Of a DNA stretch of 64,000 nt, positions 38,007-45,786 are shown piece after piece. Position numbers and translations under genes: made by a program. The notes below the pieces were generated by a model, which did not search any database, was not told the DNA's origin, and worked only from the letters and a program-made list of their open reading frames with translations. The DNA is from a virus (taxonomy: Duplodnaviria > Caudoviricetes). The stretch is from IMG/VR virus record IMGVR_UViG_2540341244_000008, positions 528 through 64,527 of that record; one strand, written 5' to 3'. Each line of letters begins with the position of its first letter. Position 1 is the first letter of the stretch.

Positions 38007-38475
38007 ATTCGGTTCGACGGGGTTCTCCATGGACAAGGGGGCCGGCTTCTCGACCGGAGCCAAGGGCTTCTCCATGAAGAAGCCCAAGCTGCCGCCGGAC
38101 CCGCTCAAGAACGTGCCGGTGACGGGCGATCCCGAGGCGGATTCCGCCGCCGAGATGGACGCGTTGCTGGACGCCATGAACGCCGAGGAGGCCAAACACA
38201 GGGCCATTCGGGACGGCGAAAAGGCGGTGGCGCAAAAGATCGACGACATGACGAACCCCTGGTTCTACTCCAGGATCTGCTTCCAGTCCGAGGCCCAGGC
38301 GCGGGCGTTCAACGAGGCGTTGGGCATTCCTGGCGACTCCATGATTCTCGACGGTGTGGCCCTTGCCCGGCGGCTTGGCATTGAGCTGCCCGAGGCCGAC
38401 CCGACCACGTTGCGAGCAAACGCCAAGCCGGACAAGCGGTTAAACGCGCTGGTGCGCGAGTTCCAAGAGGACTAG
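37984..38475 (+). CDS. Partner hypothetical protein of the PP-loop enzyme
   Basis: GGAGG RBS, overlaps upstream stop; N-terminal GFS repeats; DPL..V..TGD.EADSAAE, ICFQS, ILDG..LA..LG. Confidence 0.75.
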   Translation: MSSPSKGKFGSTGFSMDKGAGFSTGAKGFSMKKPKLPPDPLKNVPVTGDPEADSAAEMDALLDAMNAEEAKHRAIRDGEKAVAQKIDDMTNPWFYSRICFQSEAQARAFNEALGIPGDSMILDGVALARRLGIELPEADPTTLRANAKPDKRLNALVREFQED

Positions 38476-38603
38476 GACCCCGAGGTCCGGGACCGGCCAC
38501 GCGAACCCGGGGGCAGCGCCAACTGGCCGGTGGTGCCCCCGCCGCGACGGCCACGAATGCGATTGTAGCCGCGTACTACCGCGTCACGAATGCGCCTGAA
38601 CAT
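38472..38603 (-). CDS. 43-aa Arg/Gly-rich peptide (absent from ORF track)
   Basis: AAAGGAG RBS 6 nt before ATG; MFRRIRDAVVRGYNRIRGRRGGGTTGQLALPPGSRGRSRTSGS. Confidence 0.7.
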   Translation of the reverse strand: MFRRIRDAVVRGYNRIRGRRGGGTTGQLALPPGSRGRSRTSGS

Positions 38604-38609
38604 CGTCCG

Positions 38610-38961
38610 CTCCTTTATGGGGTTCAATTTTGCTCACGACGCGGTGACGAGAACGCCCCCGCAGCCTTTGCCGAAAATGTCTTTGCGCCCGTGCTCAAGG
38701 CGCATCCCTCCCCGTAGAAACCCCGAAAACCGGCCTTAATCCTGTTGCCTCTCCCACGCGAAATATCGGGCCTACCGTGCCTGCCCAGCGATCATTGACA
38801 CGGGGCTTAACGCTGGATTCCCCCGGGGCAGGCTCACCCACACGACACACGCCTTCCGAAAAGAGGTGCCCGTTTATCCGTTGCGCCCGGGCTTACTTGG
38901 CCTGCCAGGCGCGTTCGGCGGCCGGGTAGAGCCGCCGCGTGGTTTTGGCTTCTTCCCGGCG
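38610..38961 (-). ncRNA. Candidate structured RNA, ~350 nt
   Basis: No credible ORF; at least four helices plus a possible pseudoknot. Confidence 0.4.
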
Positions 38962-39216
38962 CTACTGCGGGACCTTGAATCCCATTCTGGTAAGCGCCCA
39001 AACAACGAGGACGATGGCCCCGTACTCCAGAATCTTGACCACGACGACAGAGCGCACCTTGAGCGCCCCCTTCATGGCCCGGTGCTGTTCAGCGTGCTCC
39101 TCCGGGCTGAGGGGGCATTTCGAGCAGCACGCCGGGGCGCCGCACTTGCCGCCGTTGTCCTTGGCAAGCGCCAGGGCCACTGCCTCGGCGATGCGCTTCA
39201 CGTCGTCGTCGACCAC
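38962..39216 (-). CDS. Small membrane protein of the lysis cassette
   Basis: GTG just after patatin stop; Cys cluster; C-terminal TM. Confidence 0.6.
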   Translation of the reverse strand: MVDDDVKRIAEAVALALAKDNGGKCGAPACCSKCPLSPEEHAEQHRAMKGALKVRSVVVVKILEYGAIVLVVWALTRMGFKVPQ

Positions 39217-39218
39217 GC

Positions 39219-40151
39219 CTACGCCCCCTCCTGCAGCAGCTGCAGCGCTGTATAAAACTCGGCTCGCTCGGCGATTCGCTCGGCGTGCAGACGCATGACG
39301 GCAAAGGACCGGGTATCGGTGGCGTCCATGGCCACGGACTCGGAAAGATCGGCTTGGAGCCGAATATAGCGATCCCCGAGCACATGCTGGCACTGGTGGT
39401 CGGTGACGTCGGAGGCCGCGGCGAACATGCAGTCGATCAAGGGGCGAGCCCAGCCGGCCAGGCCCCAATTCCGTGCCCGGGCCAACATGTAGGGCCGATC
39501 CTCCCGCCCGGTTCCCAGGGAGACGAGGCAGGAGCGATCAGCCAGAGAGGCCCCTTGCTTGACGACCTCGACGGCTGCGCACAGGGCCGGATTGTTGGCC
39601 GCGACACCGCCGTCGATGCAGGCCAGGCGGTCGCCTCCCTGGCTTATGATCTCGACCGGCTCGAAATAGGTGGGGGCCGCTGCCGAGGCCATGGCCACGT
39701 CGACCAATCGGAAATCCCGATGATGGTCCCGATGCGCGTCCCAGGAGGTGAAGAAGACCGTCTTCCGGGTTTCGATCTCGTAGGCAACGACCAGTACGGC
39801 GGGTCCGGTCCGGGAAAGGTCAGCCAAGGTCTTGTTGCCGAAGATCTCCACAAGCCCGGCCCGAAGTCCGGTGTTGTCGTACTGCTCGTCGATGAGGCCG
39901 AAGGCCGACCGCATACGGCGCCCAAGGGTCCGGCTGAAAATGGAGGCGGCCTTGGCCTTGTAGAAAGCCGCCAAGTCGGCGGCGGGAATGCCTGCGGCGA
40001 GCCCAAGGGCCAGGATCGCGCCCGTGGATGTGCCGGCAATAAGGTCGGTCATGGCCGAGATGGGTTTCCCGGCCTGTGCTTCAAGTTGGGCCAGGACCAG
40101 GGCGGGCAGGAAGCCCTTGATGCCGCCACCGTCTATGGAGACGATCCGCAT
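39219..40151 (-). CDS. Patatin-like phospholipase
   Basis: DGGGIKG, GTSTG nucleophile elbow, AAPTYF, DGGVAANNP, SLGTG. Confidence 0.93.
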   Translation of the reverse strand: MRIVSIDGGGIKGFLPALVLAQLEAQAGKPISAMTDLIAGTSTGAILALGLAAGIPAADLAAFYKAKAASIFSRTLGRRMRSAFGLIDEQYDNTGLRAGLVEIFGNKTLADLSRTGPAVLVVAYEIETRKTVFFTSWDAHRDHHRDFRLVDVAMASAAAPTYFEPVEIISQGGDRLACIDGGVAANNPALCAAVEVVKQGASLADRSCLVSLGTGREDRPYMLARARNWGLAGWARPLIDCMFAAASDVTDHQCQHVLGDRYIRLQADLSESVAMDATDTRSFAVMRLHAERIAERAEFYTALQLLQEGA

Positions 40152-40155
40152 GGCC

Positions 40156-40488
40156 TTACACCCCCTGGGCGGCCACGATTTTGGTCACCCGGTCTCGCGC
40201 GGCTTCATAAAGGGCCAGGGCCGCCGTCAGGTCGCCGCGAGTGACCAGGGCGTTTAGGTTCGTGATATCGCGGGCCAAATCTTCCAGGCCCGGGAGGGCC
40301 CCGACGGCCTCGAGGCGGGCGTAGGTGGCCTGCAGATAGTCAAGGTCAGCGTGCAGGCTGGCCAACAACGTGCCGGCGTCGTGTGCCGCCTTGGCCTTGA
40401 AATCCTTGATCCCGGCACCGGTGACGCAACCTGAGCAGAACAGGGCCACGGCCAAGAGTGCGGGGACGAAAAACTTTCGCATGGTCAT
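40156..40488 (-). CDS. Lipoprotein (spanin-like position)
   Basis: MRKFFVPALLAVALFCSG-C lipobox; AAGGAG RBS. Confidence 0.7.
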   Translation of the reverse strand: MTMRKFFVPALLAVALFCSGCVTGAGIKDFKAKAAHDAGTLLASLHADLDYLQATYARLEAVGALPGLEDLARDITNLNALVTRGDLTAALALYEAARDRVTKIVAAQGV

Positions 40489-40591
40489 CTCCTTTCGATC
40501 AGCGGTCCCGAGGTGCACCGGTCCGGGCCACCTCGGTTGTCGTCGACCCAAAAGCGGGAAGCGCCCCACCGCAGGACGCACCCGGCCAAAA

Positions 40592-40819
40592 TCAGGCAGA
40601 GGGCGGCGGCTGCGAGGGCGCGCATAGGGACTTCCCTAGGGCGGATGTTGATTTTCCTGTGAGCCAGGCCAGAATGGCGTCAACCGCAGCCTGGGAGCCA
40701 ATGCCGATGACCGCGATGAGCGTCAGGCACTGCATGGCCACGGCTGAAAGCTGGAGCCAGTAAGACCCGGCCAGGGCCAAGACGGCGATGCTGCCGATGA
40801 TGAGTTTGCGCCAGCCCAT
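40592..40819 (-). CDS. Holin-like protein
   Basis: AGGAGG RBS, MGWRKL, two TM segments, follows endolysin. Confidence 0.7.
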   Translation of the reverse strand: MGWRKLIIGSIAVLALAGSYWLQLSAVAMQCLTLIAVIGIGSQAAVDAILAWLTGKSTSALGKSLCAPSQPPPSA

Positions 40820-40975
40820 GCTATGCCTCCTGCTTGTCGGAATGGGGTTTGCGTTCGCACCGGCCCGGGCAATCCTTGGCGTCCTGATCCGCCCCCAGAC
40901 ACTGGAGCGGCCCTGGGCCAACATGCCGATGGATGCAGCCGCAGCACCGCCCGGACCGCTGGGCCTCCTCGATGA

Positions 40976-41875
40976 TCACAACCGCACCCCGTTGACCTCG
41001 GCCGGCCAAACCCCGGAAAGCAGCATGTGCGTGATGCGGCCGACGCGGTTGGGGGTCTGGCGCGCCCATTGGGACAGCGCCAGGTTGTGGACGGCCCCCT
41101 CGAAATCATGGGCGCGAAGGCAGGCGATGGTATTTTTGAATTTGACCGCGCTGCCGACGCCAAGCTGGTAGACGCCGGAGATGAAAACAGCCTGGCGTAC
41201 CTCGTCGAAATCGTCGTCCCAACGGGGCCAATGGGCCTCCAGTTCCGAGATGGTGGCCGCCACCTCGGCACGCAACGCCCGGTCGGCCTGTTCGGGCGTC
41301 CAGACGAGATTGCGGGCCTCGCTGTCGGGCACGCCATGAGCGGTGAGGTTGTAGCCGTGGCCGATGTCCCAAACCTTGCCGATGCGGTCCCAATGCCCCT
41401 TGAGCACCAGGCCTTCTTCGGCTTTGAGCCAGGCAATGGTCTTTTCCAGGCCAGGGCCGCCGTTGGCGATGGATGCGGAGGTCAGGGGGGCGGGGGAGGC
41501 AACCGGATCCGGCGCAACGGCCAAGGAGGACGGCGGCTGCTGGCCGTTTACCGGCTCGATGATCTCCACCCGAGAGAGCTCGGGGAACTCGCCCGCTACC
41601 TGGAGATTGGGAGCGGTGTTGATGAGGCCGCATCGGGCAAGGTTGATCTCCTGCTCCCAGGCGGCGCACCAAAAGGCATGGGCGATGGTCAGGTATTGCG
41701 ACGGGTCGCTGACCGGCGGGTACGGGGCCACGGTCAGGACCAGGCCCGAGCCCCGGACGATGGAAAAGTCGATGGGCGAGAGCTCAAGCGCCCGGGTGGC
41801 GAGCCCCTGCAGGGTAGGATGGCAGGTGGCCAGTACGGCCAGGGATTTTGATCCGAACTTGTGCGATTGCGCCAT
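40976..41875 (-). CDS. Endolysin: degenerate M15-peptidase-like N-terminus plus T4-type lysozyme
   Basis: EEG....HWD..G.VWDIGHG, SQWARQTPNR; N-terminal KFGSKS..L..CHP.L....RAL..SPIDFSI..G. Confidence 0.85.
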   Translation of the reverse strand: MAQSHKFGSKSLAVLATCHPTLQGLATRALELSPIDFSIVRGSGLVLTVAPYPPVSDPSQYLTIAHAFWCAAWEQEINLARCGLINTAPNLQVAGEFPELSRVEIIEPVNGQQPPSSLAVAPDPVASPAPLTSASIANGGPGLEKTIAWLKAEEGLVLKGHWDRIGKVWDIGHGYNLTAHGVPDSEARNLVWTPEQADRALRAEVAATISELEAHWPRWDDDFDEVRQAVFISGVYQLGVGSAVKFKNTIACLRAHDFEGAVHNLALSQWARQTPNRVGRITHMLLSGVWPAEVNGVRL

Positions 41876-41957
41876 GGCGGCCCCCCAAGGGTGGTCCGCC
41901 GCGCACCGCCGGGATGGGGTGGGGCGGACCTTTTGTTGGGGCCATGATGGGTGGCGT

Positions 41958-41995
41958 CATGAGCATGCGCCGCCCTAAGGATGAAAATATTTTGG
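41958..41995 (-). promoter_or_regulatory. Putative late-promoter motif, copy 1 (lysis/packaging module)
   Basis: + strand CATGAGCATGCGCCGCCCTAAGGATGAAAATATTTTGG immediately downstream of the Mor-family gene. Confidence 0.75.
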
Positions 41996-42002
41996 CTGAG
42001 TC

Positions 42003-42254
42003 TCAACTTCCGAGGACGCGGCGGATCGTGTAGACGCTCACTCCAAAGCGTTCGGCTAAAGCCGGGATGCCCAGCGAGCATGAGCGATAGAGCCGTCTGA
42101 TCTCCCTGTTTCTCACTTCGCGCTCCCTCCATTCTGGACTCGGGATGTCGATCCTCCCGCCTCCCAAGGCGTCCACAAGCGCCTCGACGGCCTTTTGCGC
42201 CTGCTCTTGTCCAACAGCTCGAGCCATGATTTCAACTAGCTGTTCCTCCCTCAT
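42003..42254 (-). CDS. Mor/C-family late transcription activator
   Basis: LVDALGGGRIDIP, RNREIR, LAERFGVSVYTIRRVL. Confidence 0.85.
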   Translation of the reverse strand: MREEQLVEIMARAVGQEQAQKAVEALVDALGGGRIDIPSPEWREREVRNREIRRLYRSCSLGIPALAERFGVSVYTIRRVLGS

Positions 42255-42274
42255 CGGGTCTCCCTGGCTGACGC

Positions 42275-42769
42275 CTATCCCCGGTCGATTCCCAGGTATT
42301 CGCAAATCACGCCCCAAGCCGCGTCCGCCCCTACGCAGACTTCGGCCCGGTAGCCCTCCTCTCTGGACTCGTCGATCCACTTCCGTTGTTCTTCACTGGT
42401 TCGGCCGCCCTGGGCCTTCATTTCGAGGTAGAGGCCATGAAATCCACCGCGCGCCACGGAAAGGAAAAGATCCGAGACGCCGGCCTTGACCCCCTCGGCC
42501 TTGAGCTTTGCTGCTGTGGCTTTCGACCTGTGTCCGCCGTTGGGAATGGCGAACAGCATCCGCAGTTCTGGGACGACGGGCCGCAACGCTTCTGCCCGGC
42601 CGATGACCAAGCATTGCTCATCGTGCTCGGACCGCCGGGCCGGCTTCGGTCGCTTCTGGACCGGTTTCAAAACGGGGCGCACGCCGATCTTGGCCTTCTC
42701 CTGCTCAAGCCACGGCTTGAGGCCGCCGGCTGCACGGATCTCGGCAATGTTGACGCGCGCCCCGGCCAT
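42275..42769 (-). CDS. VRR-NUC domain nuclease
   Basis: FAIPNGG.R, GVKAGVSDL, LYLEMK, EQ..W. Confidence 0.92.
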   Translation of the reverse strand: MAGARVNIAEIRAAGGLKPWLEQEKAKIGVRPVLKPVQKRPKPARRSEHDEQCLVIGRAEALRPVVPELRMLFAIPNGGHRSKATAAKLKAEGVKAGVSDLFLSVARGGFHGLYLEMKAQGGRTSEEQRKWIDESREEGYRAEVCVGADAAWGVICEYLGIDRG

Positions 42770-43198
42770 TTACGCAGTCTCGCCCTCGGCCTTCTTCCCT
42801 CTGCGCTCCCAAAGCCTCATGTCCTTCATCTTCGCCCGACGCTCCCGGACCAGCGACTTGCAAGCCAGGGCCAGGGTCTTCTTGAATCCGTACTTGGCCC
42901 GGTATTCTTCGGGGGTGAGGCCGTGGGTGGCGAGGTGCTTGCGGGTGATGACCTTGAACGACTTCCCGCACTCCATGCAGGTGATGGACGCTTCCTTGAT
43001 GGCCTTCTTGGGGTCGAGTCCCGGTGCCCGCACACCCTCTGCGGCGTTGAGGGAGATAGCCGTGCCGCAGGCCGCCGCCTGAATCCCGGCCGCCACCTTA
43101 CTGACCATCGTGACGATCTCGTCCTCGCCCATCGCCCTGACGGTGGCCTGCGCCTTGACGATCTCCAGAGCCGCTTCCATCGCTTCTTTGTGATCCAT
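42770..43198 (-). CDS. mucR: MucR/Ros-family zinc-finger regulator
   Basis: ITCMECGKSFK....HL..HGLTPEEYRAKYG. Confidence 0.92.
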   Translation of the reverse strand: MDHKEAMEAALEIVKAQATVRAMGEDEIVTMVSKVAAGIQAAACGTAISLNAAEGVRAPGLDPKKAIKEASITCMECGKSFKVITRKHLATHGLTPEEYRAKYGFKKTLALACKSLVRERRAKMKDMRLWERRGKKAEGETA

Positions 43199-43426
43199 TC
43201 CTCGTCCTCCTGCCGGCTCTATTTTGCCGGGTTGTCATGCCCTTGAAATGCGGGTTTGAACTTCACTTTGTCGTTTGCTCGTGAAATAAATACGCCAAAA
43301 TTGCGTAGGTCGACAACATTATTTCTCGAAAATTAACGATAAATTTTGCATGCTATGCAGTTGATTGCTCGCCTAGCATCGGATGTTGAGAAGTTACATT
43401 GGACGGATGCGTAGTAGTCTAGGCCT

Positions 43427-43606
43427 CTACGCTGCATTGTTTCCCTCACGCCGAATACGTTCCCGCACGGTCGCCTCGTATTTGCATTCCCGGACCTGCC
43501 CCAACGGTACTCCCGGCCCCGACTTCCCGTCGAAGTACAGCACACCTCGGCACACCTCTCCGGTGGCGCATCGGAGTCCCTGAATCTCATCGCAGGGCTT
43601 GGTCAT
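43427..43606 (-). CDS. Small Cys-rich protein, 59 aa (absent from ORF track)
   Basis: ATGA-coupled to upstream gene; four Cys. Confidence 0.55.
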   Translation of the reverse strand: MTKPCDEIQGLRCATGEVCRGVLYFDGKSGPGVPLGQVRECKYEATVRERIRREGNNAA

Positions 43607-43965
43607 GCCGGCATCCGTTTTTTACGGCCCAGGCTATCAAGCAATTCTCGCACGCGTCGCTTCCCCAGGGCACAGATCGCCGCTATTTCGTCCTTGCCCG
43701 GGGGGAGGGGGATGGGCTCGGCAATGACAGACCGCACAGCCGCATCGGCCTGGATCAAATTGTGCGTCAACGGCAGGTAATTTGACCGCCGCCGATGCTC
43801 CTGGACGGCCAGGAAAAATCGTTCCTCGGTCCATCCTGCGAGGTCGATGGCCAGCGTTTCCGCGCTGGAATCAAGCTCTGCTGGTATCAACCGCAGCGGC
43901 GGGGAGAGCCGCACGTTGAGCCTGCCCAGCTCGTCCCGGATCGTTTGCATTTCCAGCATTTTCAT
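43603..43965 (-). CDS. Replication accessory (helicase-loader-like) protein
   Basis: GGAGG RBS; follows initiator; F..AV..HRRRS.Y.P motif. Confidence 0.55.
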   Translation of the reverse strand: MKMLEMQTIRDELGRLNVRLSPPLRLIPAELDSSAETLAIDLAGWTEERFFLAVQEHRRRSNYLPLTHNLIQADAAVRSVIAEPIPLPPGKDEIAAICALGKRRVRELLDSLGRKKRMPA

Positions 43966-44863
43966 GAGGCCTCCCTCTTCGCAAAAGCCTCGCGGCTTCG
44001 GTGTGACGTTCGATGCTCTCGAGATCGCGGACGCTTCTCGGCACGACAGGCCCTGGGGCGGGGCTGGCCCGGGCCGCCGGTATCGGGTTGAGCCACACCC
44101 GGTCAGCGAGGTACTTGGACAAATTCGGAATTTTCCCTCTCTGCCAGCGGTCCCAACTTTTCCGCGCTTCGAGGTCATCCACGATCCGGTGCAGAGGGAA
44201 CCTGTGGCGCATGGCGTAATACGCCCGGTAGGCCGGTACGAAATCGACGTAGCCACCAACGGCCTGGTAGGCTGCGGCGAGATCTTGGAACTCGTTGGGC
44301 GCGTTATCCAAGCTTGCCGGCAACGCGTCAGGATCATCCTCGGGAGAGGGTGGCAACTCAGGCCCGGGCCAGTCACCCCCCTCGGGGGGTAGGGGGGACA
44401 CACATGGTTTTAACTCTTCTCTTATCTCCTCTAATCTAGGTGTTTCTTGGCGTTGCTCGGCGTTACATGGCGTTACATTGTCGCGACTGGCGTTACTCGC
44501 TTGCTTTCTCCGTTCCCGATAGGCTTTAACCCGGGCCGCGCTGTCGTCCTCTCGCTCGCGTTTGGGCTGACGCTTAGCCCAATTCACGATTCGGTAATCC
44601 TTGGTGAGCTCCTTGGCGTCGAGCGCGCGCAAGATGGCGTCTGCGGCCCCTTCAGGGAGGTCAAAAGCTGCGTCGGCGGCTTCGCTATCGAAGCCGGCAA
44701 ATGATCCGCGTGGCTCGTTTGCGCTGGCCCGCTCCAGCAGCATCCCCCACACGGCCAGAACATCCGAAACGCGCAGGCCCTCTATTTCGGAGGCGGCCTT
44801 TTTGGCCACCACCCGGAACTTCGGGTCCGTTACGGTGCCGTGATACCAGCGGAGCCAGTCCAT
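43871..44863 (-). CDS. Phage replication initiator
   Basis: MDWLRWYHG..TDPKF, I.NW.KRQ, A.RV..YRER; contains iterons. Confidence 0.85.
   Translation of the reverse strand: MDWLRWYHGTVTDPKFRVVAKKAASEIEGLRVSDVLAVWGMLLERASANEPRGSFAGFDSEAADAAFDLPEGAADAILRALDAKELTKDYRIVNWAKRQPKREREDDSAARVKAYRERRKQASNASRDNVTPCNAEQRQETPRLEEIREELKPCVSPLPPEGGDWPGPELPPSPEDDPDALPASLDNAPNEFQDLAAAYQAVGGYVDFVPAYRAYYAMRHRFPLHRIVDDLEARKSWDRWQRGKIPNLSKYLADRVWLNPIPAARASPAPGPVVPRSVRDLESIERHTEAARLLRRGRPHENAGNANDPGRAGQAQRAALPAAAVDTSRA
44407..44496. repeat. Replication origin: iterons plus AT/pyrimidine-rich strip
   Basis: (T/C)GGCGTT(A/G)C at 44448, 44458, 44468, 44488 (10-bp phase) next to TTTTAACTCTTCTCTTATCTCCTCTAATCT. Confidence 0.75.
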
Positions 44864-44976
44864 CCCTTACTCCATGCCGCCAGCAGCGGCTGAAAAACGA
44901 GCCTCATCACCGGGATGGTGACGAACGATTTCCACCGGACCAAACAACCCGGTTTCACGCTTGAAGCGCCGGGCGG

Positions 44977-45786
44977 TCACGTGGCCACCAACCTGTTTGG
45001 GTCCGTTCTGCCCTTTGACTTATAGTGTGTCTTGAAACCTTTGTAATAGTCACGCAGCCACAATTCGAAAGTTGCATGCTTTTGTGGTTCGCCATTGGAA
45101 AGACGGGCTTCGAACCAACGCCGGCAAGCATGCTCAAATGTTTTGTAAATTCCTGGCCAGCGTTGCTTGTTTCTATTTATTCGATCTTGGTTTTTCCCAA
45201 AAAGAAAAGGGCACACGACACAGCCAACTCTGTTCCAACCCTCATCATAAAGCGTAGGGTATGGAAGATGATACTTTTCGATAAAATCCCACACTTGCCA
45301 CTCTTGCCAGTGGAATATGGGCTTTATGGTCAAGATTTTACGCTCATCGTTCCAGTCGATGCGAGGCCTCGATGCGCGTGCAACGCTCTCCTCTGCCCGA
45401 ATCCCCATGACTCTTACCCGAAGGGATATGTCCCGAGACGGGTCCTTTTTTAGGACGTCGCAACACCACCTCATGCTTCCCAATGGAGGCCACTCCGTTT
45501 GGATTGCATCCCAAAAAGTTCTCTCGGGGAACAGCCAGATCGTGTCCGGGTGATGATGGCGCAGGAACCGGTATATTTCCGGCGGATCGATGCGCGTGCA
45601 TGAGTAGTAGGCTTGAAATTTCACGCCCGCCATCTGGCATAGTTTTCTGGTGACGTTGCTGTCCTTGCCACCAGAATCCCCCACAAAATACCCCTCCGGC
45701 GGCTCATGCTGTCGCAGGAAGTCAATCGTCTCCTGGATGACGTAGTCCAGGGGCAGGAGGGCATACTGACGGGCCGGACCGGTCAT
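44977..45786 (-). CDS. PAPS-reductase-family protein with Fe-S cysteines
   Basis: SGGKDS, RWCC..LKK, GIRAEES..RA, RVGCVVCP. Confidence 0.9.
   Translation of the reverse strand: MTGPARQYALLPLDYVIQETIDFLRQHEPPEGYFVGDSGGKDSNVTRKLCQMAGVKFQAYYSCTRIDPPEIYRFLRHHHPDTIWLFPERTFWDAIQTEWPPLGSMRWCCDVLKKDPSRDISLRVRVMGIRAEESVARASRPRIDWNDERKILTIKPIFHWQEWQVWDFIEKYHLPYPTLYDEGWNRVGCVVCPFLFGKNQDRINRNKQRWPGIYKTFEHACRRWFEARLSNGEPQKHATFELWLRDYYKGFKTHYKSKGRTDPNRLVAT

Noticed and set aside
38650-38690. Possible fifth late-promoter copy (GAAAATGTCTTTG)
   Set aside because: CGCCGCCC core is missing and spacing is off by 2 nt
39219-40151. CBASS system
   Set aside because: No CD-NTase or cap genes in the window
44977-45786. 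Sulfate-assimilation cysH or a complete Dnd system
   Set aside because: No other cys/dnd/ssp genes; context is phage early operon
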